Below are positions 29,830 through 39,245 of a DNA stretch of 64,000 nucleotides, one piece after another. The translations under genes and the position numbers were made by a program. The number at the start of each line of letters is the position of its first letter. Positions within the stretch are counted from its first letter, which is position 1. Location of the stretch: positions 1 to 64,000 of the IMG/VR virus record IMGVR_UViG_3300035181_001402; one strand, 5' to 3'. Origin of the DNA: an uncultured virus (IMG/VR IMGVR_UViG_3300035181_001402) (lineage: Duplodnaviria > Heunggongvirae > Uroviricota > Caudoviricetes). The notes under the pieces were generated by a model. It had not been told where the DNA came from and ran no database searches. It worked only from the letters and a program-made list of their open reading frames with translations.

Positions 29830-31404
29830 ATGTCATCCCACGAAGAACTCGTCTTCCACCTTCGCAGCCTGAGCCGCGTGATTTACTACGTCACCGACGA
29901 GGAAGATCGGTTCCTCGTGAAGCTGCGGGACACCCTCAAGAAGCACGCCGATCGGTGCTGGGTGTTCAACGCAACCCTCGGGTTGGTGACGCTCAAGAAC
30001 CTGATCACGGATTGGACCTCGAAGCAGCACGCGGTCAATCGGGAGCAGGCGGACATTCACAGTGCTTTGGAGCACATCTACAAGGATGACCCCAAGGACG
30101 AGCGCAACTTCTACGTCTTCACGGACCCGGAGCGTTGGCTCAACGATGCTCATGTGAACCGCCGGTTCATGAACATCATTCACCAGGTCCACCAGGACAT
30201 CCGCACCCTCAAGATCCTGATCTTCGTCGGGACCCGCAAGCAGATCCCGGCCTGCCTCGAACCCTACGTCGAGGTCATCCAGGACACCGGGCTGACGTCG
30301 GAAGAGATCATGTCGACGGTCGAGGCGGCCTGCAAGCACCTCCCCGGAGTCGAGCCCCCGCCCAACTGTGCGCAGCTCTTCGCTGGGATGAACAGCTACC
30401 AGATCGATATGGCCGTGGCCAAGTCGATCGTGGCCACCAAGAAGGACGAGTCCGCTCCGAAGCGGATCGACCCGGCGCACATCACGAAGTATCGCCGGAA
30501 CCATCTCAAGAAGACGGACCTTCTCCAGCTTCTCGACGTCGACAACGTGTCCTTCGATCAGCTCGGCGGCAACCATCGCTTCAAGGAGTGGGCGATCGAA
30601 ACGAAGGACTCCTGGTCGGAGGAAGGGCGGGCCTTCGGGCTCAAGCCCCCGAAGGGTGTCCTCCTCGTGGGCGTCTGGGGCTGTGGCAAGTCGCTCGCCT
30701 CGAAGGCGATGGCTCGTGAGTGGGGCATGCCGGTCGTCCAGCTCGAAATGGGCAAGCTCCGGTCGGCCAACGTCGGCCAGTCCGAAGCCAACGTCTACAA
30801 GGCCATCCGGCACATCGAGTCCATCGCTCCCTGTGTGGTGTGGATCGATGAGGCCGAGAAGAGCCTCGGCGGCGGGGCATCTTCGGCGGCCTCCGATGCA
30901 GGAACGACGAGCCGCACGATCGGTATCCTCTCGACCTGGCTCCAGGAGACCACGTCTCCGATCTGCCTCGCCCTCACGGCGAACTCGTTGAAGACGCTCC
31001 CCATCGAGTTCGTCAACCGTATGGACGAGCGGTTCTTCTTCGACATCCCGAGCGAGGAAGAGCGGATCGAGATCCTCCGGATCCACCTCCGCAAGGCGGG
31101 GCAGAACCCGAGTGACTACCAGCTCGCCGCTCTGTCCGATGCTTGCAAGGGCATGGTCGGTCGTGAGATCGAGCAGGCGGTCGGCGCGGGTATGCGGAAG
31201 AGCTTCAAGGCTCGAAGCAAGAAGCTCGACGAGACCATCCTTCTGGACATCGCGGTGAAGAAGCCCCGGATCCTCAAGACGATGGTCGACGAGATCCGCG
31301 AGCTGGTCGAGTGGGTTGGCTTCGACACGGAAGCCAACGAAGGGATCAAGGCTCGCCTGGCTTCGGCCCCGAGCAAGGGAAGCAGCTTCAAGCTCGTCGA
31401 GTGA
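29830..31404 (+). CDS. Ycf46-like AAA+ ATPase
   Basis: Degenerate N-terminal AAA (TDEEDR), GVLLVGVWGCGKS, WIDEAEK, TAN, RMDERFF. Confidence 0.85.
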   Translation: MSSHEELVFHLRSLSRVIYYVTDEEDRFLVKLRDTLKKHADRCWVFNATLGLVTLKNLITDWTSKQHAVNREQADIHSALEHIYKDDPKDERNFYVFTDPERWLNDAHVNRRFMNIIHQVHQDIRTLKILIFVGTRKQIPACLEPYVEVIQDTGLTSEEIMSTVEAACKHLPGVEPPPNCAQLFAGMNSYQIDMAVAKSIVATKKDESAPKRIDPAHITKYRRNHLKKTDLLQLLDVDNVSFDQLGGNHRFKEWAIETKDSWSEEGRAFGLKPPKGVLLVGVWGCGKSLASKAMAREWGMPVVQLEMGKLRSANVGQSEANVYKAIRHIESIAPCVVWIDEAEKSLGGGASSAASDAGTTSRTIGILSTWLQETTSPICLALTANSLKTLPIEFVNRMDERFFFDIPSEEERIEILRIHLRKAGQNPSDYQLAALSDACKGMVGREIEQAVGAGMRKSFKARSKKLDETILLDIAVKKPRILKTMVDEIRELVEWVGFDTEANEGIKARLASAPSKGSSFKLVE

Positions 31405-31405
31405 C

Positions 31406-32590
31406 ATGCCCAGCTCTTCTTTGGTCCCGCTGATCCCCGAGGTCCGGACACTCGCTTGTCCGGCCTCGGGGGATCTTCTCGCCGCTCGGCAAGAGATCCA
31501 ACGCAACCCTGCCCTTCAACAGCTCTTCCGCAGAGCCCGAGACGAGAAGCAAGACTCATCTCGGTTTGCCTCGGACCTTGCTGAGGTGCTCTTCGACCAT
31601 GTCGAAGGCAACAACGCAGAGATCCAGGCGGCTGCGGCCTACCTCGCCGATGAGTACCTCCAGCTCGGCGACGGGATGCTCATCATCTCGTCAACGACGG
31701 GGCGTGCCATCTACAAGGTCACGGAGGAGGACATCTGGCAGCCTCCTGACGTGCCTCGTGAGAGCGGGGGGATGTCTACCCCGCTCCGTCGTCTTCGGCC
31801 CGCTCTCGAAGGCTTCCTGGTCCAATGGGTCTTCGATGAAGCTCGGGAGACGAACGTCCTGCGAGACACCTATCGACGTCTTGCGGCCAAGGGGACCCAC
31901 GTCGAAGACGACCCGCGCTTCCTTCCCATCACGAAACGGGGGAGGAAGACGATCGTCGAAGATATCCGGGAGCAGCTCCCGTCCTTGATTCCCAACCGCG
32001 TCCGGGGGAACATGGGAGCGTTCTTGGCTCGCTTCGAGCTGCGGGACACAGATCCGGAAGAATCCAAGCTCACACCCCTGGTTCGGAGCATCGGGGTTGC
32101 GTCGGGACGATCCAACATCGCCGATCCGACAACCATCAACCTCAACTTCCATCAGACGACGGCCATCACGGCTCGAATCGCCGCTCAGTGGGTGGCAGAG
32201 ATCGCTCGAACGCTTTCGGTGGTTGCACAAGGAAGAAACTCCAAGAAGATATCATACTTGGACCCTGTCTTTGCGATCCCCCTGGAAGGATATTCGGAGG
32301 ACTCTTTTTGGTTGGCGAGTCCCCATCAAAAAGACGTTATCCGAAGTCAATTCGGGCCCCTTCAACAACGGGCGTTTATCATGCCTGTTGAGGGGGGGAA
32401 TCTGACTGAGATCGAGGGACCCGCGGGGGTCATCGTCATCCACCCGGACTCGTTCACAATCGAGGCTCGCGAGGTTCACGATCGCTGGGATGTGGTGGCT
32501 ACCTTCGAGTACACACTCTGGGTCGATTGGCGTCACGTCAAGGGCATGATGTTGACAGACCTTCCCGTCGAGGTTCAGATCGTCCGATGA
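31406..32590 (+). CDS. Hypothetical protein
   Basis: 394 aa from ATG 1 nt after the AAA stop. Confidence 0.6.
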   Translation: MPSSSLVPLIPEVRTLACPASGDLLAARQEIQRNPALQQLFRRARDEKQDSSRFASDLAEVLFDHVEGNNAEIQAAAAYLADEYLQLGDGMLIISSTTGRAIYKVTEEDIWQPPDVPRESGGMSTPLRRLRPALEGFLVQWVFDEARETNVLRDTYRRLAAKGTHVEDDPRFLPITKRGRKTIVEDIREQLPSLIPNRVRGNMGAFLARFELRDTDPEESKLTPLVRSIGVASGRSNIADPTTINLNFHQTTAITARIAAQWVAEIARTLSVVAQGRNSKKISYLDPVFAIPLEGYSEDSFWLASPHQKDVIRSQFGPLQQRAFIMPVEGGNLTEIEGPAGVIVIHPDSFTIEAREVHDRWDVVATFEYTLWVDWRHVKGMMLTDLPVEVQIVR

Positions 32591-32811
32591 ATACCGGCGG
32601 CTTTTACTCGTTCGTTGTCTGGGCTGTGGAAGAGGTGCCGCTTCCGGAGCACCTCTTGCTCCTCGAACCTGGCATGAACGCCTTCAACGCTCAACTGGAA
32701 GACCTGGATGGGTTCCTTGCCTGTCTCAGGGAAGCTCGGGTTGAGGTTCGCCAGGTCAACAACCTGTCCGAGCCTGAACCACTCGTTCAGCTTCCTCCCG
32801 GAGAATACTGA
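32587..32811 (+). CDS. Small hypothetical protein
   Basis: ATGA overlap with the upstream stop. Confidence 0.5.
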   Translation: MNTGGFYSFVVWAVEEVPLPEHLLLLEPGMNAFNAQLEDLDGFLACLREARVEVRQVNNLSEPEPLVQLPPGEY

Positions 32812-32820
32812 GTCTCATCC

Positions 32821-32826
32821 GGTGTA
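32821..32826 (+). promoter_or_regulatory. Class-2 motif GGTGTA
   Basis: 10 nt upstream of ATG 32837. Confidence 0.65.
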
Positions 32827-32836
32827 GACGCACCGG

Positions 32837-33007
32837 ATGAGAAGACGCCGGAACCAGCAAAGGAAGAAAGACAAGGTCCGAAGTGGATCTTCTTTCAATT
32901 ACTGGCAAGGGCTCCCGGGAGGATTCCGGGTTCTCTGCCACAACTGCAACATGGCACGCGGATTCTACGGAATGTGCCCTCACGAACGCGAAAGAATGGA
33001 ATCGTGA
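32837..33007 (+). pseudogene. HNH-type endonuclease C-terminal remnant (56 aa, not in ORF track)
   Basis: LPGGFRVLCHNCNMARGFYGMCPH; stop overlaps the thyA GTG. Confidence 0.55.
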
Positions 33008-34131
33008 AGCAATACCTCGACGCGGTGAACCATGTGCTCAGCAACGGGACCAGGAAGGAAAACCGTACTGGTGTGGATACGTTGAGCACATTTGGGTATT
33101 ACTACGAGGTCGACTTGAGTGAGGGCTTCCCCCTTCTCACGACGAAAAAGGTCAACTGGGTTCATATCGTTGTTGAAATGTTGTGGTTCCTATCGGGCCA
33201 GACGGACATCGCGATCCTCAAGCGCCACGGGTGCAAGTTCTGGGACGCATGGGCCGACCCCGTCACGGGCAAGGTCCCGAGCGCCTATGGGAACTTCTGG
33301 CGCAACTTCCCGGTTCACACATACAATCAGACGATGTTCGAAAACACCCCTGGCGGCTTTCAGCTCCCCCAGGGCGTCTGGGCAACCTTCAACGACCAGA
33401 TCGCCTGGGTGCTCGCCGAGATGCGCAAGAACCCCATGAGCCGGCGGATGGTCGTCTCGGCTTGGGCTCCCCAGAACGCTCAGACGAGCAAGCTCCCGCC
33501 CTGCCACTGCCTCTACGTGTTCAACGTGCAGAACGAGGACCCGACGCCGAGGTACGTGCATTACGGGCACAACAGGGGAGAGGACCCCGTGTGCGGCAAC
33601 TACAAGGACGGCCGACGGGTTCTTCCGCACGGGGAAGGGATGAAGTACAGGGAGGCGTGGTGCCCTGACTGCCAGGTCATTCTCAACGGAGCGCGTGGGG
33701 GGGATGTCTTCAAGAATCCTCCTGTGGGGGACGACCCGCGTCGCCTCTGTCTTCATTTGACCCAAAGATCGCTGGATGTAATGCTTGGCGCACCGTACAA
33801 CCTTGCCAGCTACGCTCTTCTCATCGAGCTTTTCAGCAGGTTTACGGGGATCAAGCCTGGGATTTTTGGGCATTCCGTGGTCGACATGCACATCTACTGT
33901 GCCAAGCCCGATGGGTCTATGGCCGAATACGACCACACCCCTGGGGCTCGCGAGCAACTTACCAGAGAGCCTCGTCCTCTTCCTCGTCTCATCATCGATG
34001 ACAGCATCAAGGATCTCAGCGATATCGAACGCCTGATGGATCCCTCGGTCACTACAGAGGAAATCATGGGTCTCTTCCGCTTGGAAGGATACAATCCGCA
34101 CCCGGCCATCAACTTCAAAGTTGCAGTCTGA
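33004..34131 (+). CDS. thyA: Thymidylate synthase with a ~70-aa insertion
   Basis: MKQYLD..NRTGVDT, FPLLTTKK, SRR, LPPCH, QRSLD..GAPYN, DMHIY. Confidence 0.92.
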   Translation: MKQYLDAVNHVLSNGTRKENRTGVDTLSTFGYYYEVDLSEGFPLLTTKKVNWVHIVVEMLWFLSGQTDIAILKRHGCKFWDAWADPVTGKVPSAYGNFWRNFPVHTYNQTMFENTPGGFQLPQGVWATFNDQIAWVLAEMRKNPMSRRMVVSAWAPQNAQTSKLPPCHCLYVFNVQNEDPTPRYVHYGHNRGEDPVCGNYKDGRRVLPHGEGMKYREAWCPDCQVILNGARGGDVFKNPPVGDDPRRLCLHLTQRSLDVMLGAPYNLASYALLIELFSRFTGIKPGIFGHSVVDMHIYCAKPDGSMAEYDHTPGAREQLTREPRPLPRLIIDDSIKDLSDIERLMDPSVTTEEIMGLFRLEGYNPHPAINFKVAV

Positions 34132-34155
34132 TGTTCACTGTGCTACGCCCTGGAC

Positions 34156-35016
34156 GTGGTAACTGAAGAGTTCCTCCGACAGAAGTACCTTGGCGATCTG
34201 CTGTCCCTTCGGCAGATCGCTTCTCTTTGTGGTGAGTCCGCAAGCACGATCCGCTACCACATGGCGCGCTACGGAATTCCAAGGCGAACGAAATCCGAGG
34301 CGCTCTCTGGGGACAAAAACCCCATGCACGGGAAGACGAAGTCAGACGCGACCCGGCGGAAAACCTCAGAGACCCTTCAAGTCACAAATAAGGATCCCGA
34401 GGTAAAGGCCCGCCGAAGTGCCTCAACTTCGGGGATCCGAAATCCCATGTATGGGAGAACGCATACAGAAGAGGTGAAGGAAGCCGCACACACAAGGCTG
34501 AATTCTATACGACACACACCAGACTTTGTGGCAGCTCAAAAAGCTGCAATGCAACGACTGGAGGTTCGCCAAGCTCTCTCGGAGAGCGCCTCCCAACGAG
34601 TGGGGGAGAAGAATCCCTTCTTTGGGCGTGAGCATAGCTCCGAGATCAAGCAGAAAATAGCTCAAGCCAACCGAGGTCGTTTTCTAGGGGAGAAGGGGTC
34701 CAACTGGAAGGGCGGGAAAACTCGCCTCTCAGCTCTGATTCGGAACTCCGAACCGGCTATCCGATGGCGAAAGGATGTCTTCAAGAGGGACGCCTATACT
34801 TGCCAGGGATGTGGTCAAGTTGGGGGTCAACTACAGGCGGACCACATTAAACCTCTTGCGGGACTCCTCGACGAGCATCGTATCAAGACCCTCGAAGATG
34901 CGTTCAACTGTCCCGCCCTCTGGGACTTGACCAACGGTCGAACGCTCTGCATTTCGTGTCACAAGAAGACGCCCTCTTACGCGGGCAACTACCAAAAGAA
35001 CTACAGGAGTACTTGA
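34156..35016 (+). mobile_element. Free-standing NUMOD3-HNH homing endonuclease gene
   Basis: Three NPM/FxG+xH NUMOD3-like repeats; RDAYTCQGC...ADHIKP...NGRTLCISCH; looks AT-richer than its flanks. Confidence 0.85.
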
Positions 35017-35017
35017 G

Positions 35018-35359
35018 ATGCAACGACTACAGCGAGATAGGTACCCGGCCCTTATGGTTGGAGGGTGGGAATACCGCCCTCACCACAACTACCATCGTAG
35101 ACAGCTATTCGAGTTGGGGGAAGATGGTGTCCATCTCATGCGGGAAGACCTCGTTCGTGTCAAGGAGTGCGGGGAGGAAGGGAAACCCCGATACTGGTAT
35201 GTGACTGACGGGTACAATGGTAATTTGTCCCGTCAACTGGACTCCTCTGCGGTCTCTCCCAAAAAATACACGTCCATCGAATCCGCAAAAGAGGCGGTCG
35301 ACAATCTTCTCCGAGATAATGGGTGGCCCGTAAACTTGAATCTCAAATTCGCGGTGTAG
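35018..35359 (+). CDS. Hypothetical protein
   Basis: 113 aa. Confidence 0.5.
   Translation: MQRLQRDRYPALMVGGWEYRPHHNYHRRQLFELGEDGVHLMREDLVRVKECGEEGKPRYWYVTDGYNGNLSRQLDSSAVSPKKYTSIESAKEAVDNLLRDNGWPVNLNLKFAV
35353..35358 (+). promoter_or_regulatory. Class-2 motif GGTGTA
   Basis: 12 nt upstream of ATG 35371; overlaps the upstream stop. Confidence 0.6.
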
Positions 35360-35370
35360 GTCTCTGGGCG

Positions 35371-35880
35371 ATGCAGGCTCTCGACTGCTTCCTTCCTGAA
35401 CTTCTCCCCATGGGGGTCCCTGCGTACTTCGACTTGGACCCAGGGTTGTACTATCGGCTGGGGGAGTCTCCGGCTCACGGATACCCTCTCATCATGGAAG
35501 GGGAAGTCAAGGACAGGGCTCGTCGTGTCTTGTGCGAGCCCGTCGCGATCTTTGATAGGATACTTGAGGATCGCGCGATTGAGATGCTGTGGAGAGCGGC
35601 ATTGTCGAATGCTCGGGTCCCTGAAGACACTCTTGCAACCTGGTTTGAATCGCAGGACCTCGACTACCAGGGGAGTCGCATAGCCTACAAGGGCTGTGAA
35701 TTGGCTGTGGCTACCCCCGAAACTCTCGGGAGGTACATCATGTCTGATAACGTGCAAGACACGCCAGCCGCCAGAAACCTTCTCCTGTTCAACCTCAAGG
35801 GGGTTGTGAGGATTGGAGATACTGTAGAAGTCATAAACGCACGTCCTACCCTGTGGGACAAACTTGGAGACGACCTATGA
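35371..35880 (+). CDS. Hypothetical protein, ends RPTLWDKLGDDL
   Basis: 169 aa; start set by the class-2 motif. Confidence 0.55.
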   Translation: MQALDCFLPELLPMGVPAYFDLDPGLYYRLGESPAHGYPLIMEGEVKDRARRVLCEPVAIFDRILEDRAIEMLWRAALSNARVPEDTLATWFESQDLDYQGSRIAYKGCELAVATPETLGRYIMSDNVQDTPAARNLLLFNLKGVVRIGDTVEVINARPTLWDKLGDDL

Positions 35881-36086
35881 AGATCGGTGATGTGGTTCAG
35901 CTCAAGTCCGGCGGTCCCGAGATGACCGTGGTGGATAAGGGGGCCTCCTCCCCCTCCGACGTGAGGCCCCCTTATTTCAAATGCGTCTGGTTCGACGGGG
36001 CCAATGTGGTCACGCATAGCTTCCCCGAAGAGGCTCTCGACACCATCAAGAGGCCCTCGAAGGGGGGATTCTCCAGTGAGTCCTGA
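35877..36086 (+). CDS. YodC/DUF2158 family protein
   Basis: MKIGDVVQLKSGGPEMTV...CVWF...FPEEAL. Confidence 0.8.
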   Translation: MKIGDVVQLKSGGPEMTVVDKGASSPSDVRPPYFKCVWFDGANVVTHSFPEEALDTIKRPSKGGFSSES

Positions 36087-36318
36087 AGAACTGGCGGCGC
36101 ACAGGAAGCGCTTCCTCGACACGATGGAGAAGGCCTGGCACGAGATCTCGGCCACCCTGAATGACCCCAAATTCCCTCTCCTCAAGCTGAAGGAGATGGA
36201 CGTCTACATCGAGCTGAGCTTCGACGAAACGACGACCGTGATCGTTTCGAACCCCATCATCCCCATGCAGGGCGACTTCGACCCGTGGGCGCCTACCAGG
36301 ACCGTCAAGACCGGGTAG
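36076..36318 (+). CDS. Hypothetical protein
   Basis: GTG start after GGGGGA; GC3-rich codons. Confidence 0.5.
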   Translation: MSPEELAAHRKRFLDTMEKAWHEISATLNDPKFPLLKLKEMDVYIELSFDETTTVIVSNPIIPMQGDFDPWAPTRTVKTG

Positions 36319-36325
36319 CGCTTTC

Positions 36326-36331
36326 GGTGTA
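36326..36331 (+). promoter_or_regulatory. Class-2 motif GGTGTA
   Basis: 10 nt upstream of ATG 36342. Confidence 0.65.
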
Positions 36332-36341
36332 CTATGCCCGT

Positions 36342-36827
36342 ATGGGCACTGAATTCGAGCGCAAGTTCCTCCTCACCACCACCGAGTACTTCCACCCCGA
36401 GGCCTATCGGGGTGGTGGGACGAACATCGTCCAGGGCTACCTCTCGGAGAAACCCTGCGTGCGGGTTCGTACCACGCTGGAAGCTCCCAACGCATTCCAG
36501 GCTTTCCTCACCGTCAAAGGTCCGGGTCTACTCGAACGTCCCGAGTTCGAGTACGAAATTCCCTACAAGGACGGAGTTTCGTTGCTCGCCATGTGCCCGG
36601 CCACCCTGACGAAGGTCAGGTTCAAGGTGTACACTGCGGTGCATCTCTGGGAGGTCGACCGCTTTGGGGGCCACCTCGAAGGGCTCTGGCTTGCGGAGGT
36701 TGAGCTGAAGAACTCGACGGAGTACATCGAGCACCCCGCCTGGCTCGGGAAGGAAGTCACGTTCGACGCGCGCTACCAGAACGTGAACCTCATCAAATGG
36801 GGGATCCCTCAAGAAGACCCGGTGTAA
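36342..36827 (+). CDS. CYTH-domain triphosphate tunnel metalloenzyme
   Basis: EFERKFL, QGYL, VRVR, LTVKG, EFEYEI, WEVD, AEVEL. Confidence 0.9.
   Translation: MGTEFERKFLLTTTEYFHPEAYRGGGTNIVQGYLSEKPCVRVRTTLEAPNAFQAFLTVKGPGLLERPEFEYEIPYKDGVSLLAMCPATLTKVRFKVYTAVHLWEVDRFGGHLEGLWLAEVELKNSTEYIEHPAWLGKEVTFDARYQNVNLIKWGIPQEDPV
36821..36826 (+). promoter_or_regulatory. Class-2 motif GGTGTA
   Basis: 9 nt upstream of ATG 36836; overlaps the upstream stop. Confidence 0.6.
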
Positions 36828-36835
36828 TCTGGGGT

Positions 36836-37303
36836 ATGGCTGAGAAAGACCCCTCCGCGGTTCAGGAGTTGATCCACTTCTACAAGCAGGTCCTCAACGA
36901 GCCGGCCCGCGTGGGGGCGATCCTCAATTCTGCCGGGGATCACTACATCGTGCGAATTGTCATGTTCGCAGAGAACGAGCAGAACTCGGTGCTCTTCCAG
37001 ATTTGCAGCACGGGCAGCACCGAGTCCTACGACTCGGCGGCGCAACAGCTCTTGCACAGCTACCGGAACATCGGCCTCGCCTTCCAAGACCTCTCTTTCT
37101 ACACTAACGGGCAGAAGATCCCGAAGGTTCGATGCCTGTGCGTCACCTGTACGGCAGGGCATCGAAAAAGCCAGTGCAGTGCCCGAGCGGCAGAAGTCCG
37201 TCCTTTTGGGGGTACGCTTCTCTGTGCGGCCTGCTTGAAGTATCACCCTTCAAATGTGGCGGCGATCCTCAATCAGAATGACGAGGAAGAGGATATCGGG
37301 TAG
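36836..37303 (+). CDS. Hypothetical protein with C-terminal Cys-rich Zn motif
   Basis: CLCVTC..H...C...CAAC. Confidence 0.55.
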   Translation: MAEKDPSAVQELIHFYKQVLNEPARVGAILNSAGDHYIVRIVMFAENEQNSVLFQICSTGSTESYDSAAQQLLHSYRNIGLAFQDLSFYTNGQKIPKVRCLCVTCTAGHRKSQCSARAAEVRPFGGTLLCAACLKYHPSNVAAILNQNDEEEDIG

Positions 37304-37308
37304 GTCCT

Positions 37309-37314
37309 GGTGTA
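37309..37314 (+). promoter_or_regulatory. Class-2 motif GGTGTA
   Basis: 10 nt upstream of ATG 37325. Confidence 0.65.
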
Positions 37315-37324
37315 TTAGGACTCC

Positions 37325-37708
37325 ATGAAGAATCCCCCGTCCGATCCCGACGCCTACACCCCCGAACAGCGGGCGGTGATGATCCTCAAGATGAAGCTCG
37401 CGTCGGGCACCTACTACAGGGATGCAGTGGGGACGGGCGTCCACGCCTTCATCGAGTTCAACGGGCTGATGAACGAGTTCATACAGGTCTGCGAAAGAGC
37501 CCAGAGCGCCGGCCAAGACTTCACGATGGCCAATACCCACTCGGGGCAGGCACTTCCGGTCCACCCTCACAACCTGACGTACCTCGCCGAGAAGCTCAAC
37601 TGCATCTACGGCCCCGCGCTCCTCGGAAACGAAGACAACCGCCGTGCGTTCGTCGAAGAACTCTTCGAGGGCGAGTACGAGCTGGTCAGGAAGAAGACCC
37701 GACGATGA
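37325..37708 (+). CDS. Hypothetical protein
   Basis: 127 aa, GC3-rich. Confidence 0.65.
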   Translation: MKNPPSDPDAYTPEQRAVMILKMKLASGTYYRDAVGTGVHAFIEFNGLMNEFIQVCERAQSAGQDFTMANTHSGQALPVHPHNLTYLAEKLNCIYGPALLGNEDNRRAFVEELFEGEYELVRKKTRR

Positions 37709-38012
37709 GCTACAAGGAAGAGCTGGCGGCGAAGAAGGCAGAGCGTCAAGCTCCCGGCCTGATGCTCCTCGGTCGATCCCTGCAAAGAAGGACAAGAAGC
37801 GTTGGTGCGGCGGCCATGAGGGTCGCGAGCACACGCCGGTCTGCATGCGGGACCTCGCTTGGGATGGGTGGGCCGCTCGGTTCAATAAACCGAACACGCA
37901 TCGTCTCTTCTCCTGTGCCGTCTGTGGTAAAGTCCTCGAACGGTACTACGGTACGGGGCCTCTGTGGGCAGGCCACATCCCGAAACCCAAGCCCGACTGG
38001 GTGACCTTCTGA
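37705..38012 (+). CDS. Zn-finger-like protein, apparently frameshifted at ~37753
   Basis: MSYKEELAAKKAERQAP joins RPDAP..WCGGHEGREH..CAVCGK if CCC is read as CCCC; ends overlap both neighbours. Confidence 0.55.
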
Positions 38013-38482
38013 TGTCCAACAACGCTTTCGTGACTGTTGCTGGAGGTCGATTCAGCGCGGGGAAGATCAACCACTTCCTCATTCAGCTCGTTCAGAGGAA
38101 GTGGGGTGACAAGGTCACCGTCACCTACAACGGGAATGAGTGGTGGGTGATCGAGCTGCAAGGGGCTCTCAGCCTGACGGTTGAGCTGAGGAATCCTCGA
38201 AGGATCAGCCTTCGCCCTGCGTCATGGCCGCTGACGGAATGGGCTCCGGGGTACATTCAGGAATCACTGGCGGAGTACTTCCAGGGCCTCTGCTCTGATG
38301 AGGGCTTCCCTGGTTCTTGGAAAGGTGTCCCCGAGAGGCTGGACACATACCAGAAGTGGTACAGGCATGCTCACGGGGATCCGGTCATGAGTGAGGTAGA
38401 CGAGGCTGAATTCAAGCTGCGTCTTGATCGGGCTGTGGGGTACATGAGTGCGTGGAACATCCCGAAGGAGATGCTCGGGTGA
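38012..38482 (+). CDS. Hypothetical protein
   Basis: TGATG overlap; 156 aa. Confidence 0.55.
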   Translation: MSNNAFVTVAGGRFSAGKINHFLIQLVQRKWGDKVTVTYNGNEWWVIELQGALSLTVELRNPRRISLRPASWPLTEWAPGYIQESLAEYFQGLCSDEGFPGSWKGVPERLDTYQKWYRHAHGDPVMSEVDEAEFKLRLDRAVGYMSAWNIPKEMLG

Positions 38483-38633
38483 AAACGTATAGCGGACGAC
38501 CCGAGCAGTGTCTCATGGATCGGTTTCGTCGCTACCGGAGACGAAGACTTCGAGCGGGTCGTCTTCGGGAAGAGCGAGCTGGAAAACGTCGCGCGCGAGC
38601 CGTTGGGCAAGCCGAAGTCCTGGGGTTCCTCGT

Positions 38634-39245
38634 ATGAGCACGTACGACGAAGTATTCCTCGCGTGGGCGCACTCGATGCCCGTACCCTCAAACACAGTCC
38701 TGGCTGAAGGAGAGGATCAGGTGGAAGATAGCTCGATTGCTGTGGCGCTGATCGCAGCCATGGACCCCAGCGGAGTCATTGGCATCGACGGGAAGATGCC
38801 CTGGAAGTACCCGGCAGATTTCCGACGGTTCAAGCAGGTCACCATGGGTGGCGTCCTCGTCATGGGGAGCAAGACCTTCCGGTCTCTCCCGGGGCTGCTC
38901 CATGGAAGGACGCACTTCGTCGTGAGCCGTGGCGACATGAGGGCGGACAAAGTACAACCTGATCTTGTCTGCGAGAGCCTGGAGTCGGCCATCCTGACGG
39001 CGGAGAACATCGCAGACACCCACGCGATCTGGATCGCCGGGGGAGCACATATCTACCGGCTGGCACTGGAGGGACGTCGGGTGGACTTCATCGATCTCAC
39101 GATCGTCCCTCCTGTGGACATCCCGCCCGGCGCTTCTGTGACCCGATTTCCCACTGATCTTCTTTCGGACTGGGAGATGGTGAGAGAGAGTGCCCTCACC
39201 GATGACCCCCGACTTCGCGTCCAACGCTACGAACATCGCCCGTAG
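38634..39245 (+). CDS. folA: Dihydrofolate reductase
   Basis: IAAMDPSGVIGIDGKMPW..ADFRRFK..MGSKTF..GRT..IAGGAHIY. Confidence 0.9.
   Translation: MSTYDEVFLAWAHSMPVPSNTVLAEGEDQVEDSSIAVALIAAMDPSGVIGIDGKMPWKYPADFRRFKQVTMGGVLVMGSKTFRSLPGLLHGRTHFVVSRGDMRADKVQPDLVCESLESAILTAENIADTHAIWIAGGAHIYRLALEGRRVDFIDLTIVPPVDIPPGASVTRFPTDLLSDWEMVRESALTDDPRLRVQRYEHRP

Noticed and set aside
33004..34131. ThyA homologue as a dCMP hydroxymethylase or base-modification enzyme
   Set aside because: It retains the dUMP-specifying Asn (GAPYN), a DHFR is nearby, and no modification cluster is visible.
35330..35359. ORF ending NLKFAV resembling the ThyA C-terminus NFKVAV (possible duplicated homing site)
   Set aside because: DNA similarity is weak, and the AV-stop ending is explained by overlap with the GCGGTGTAG promoter motif.
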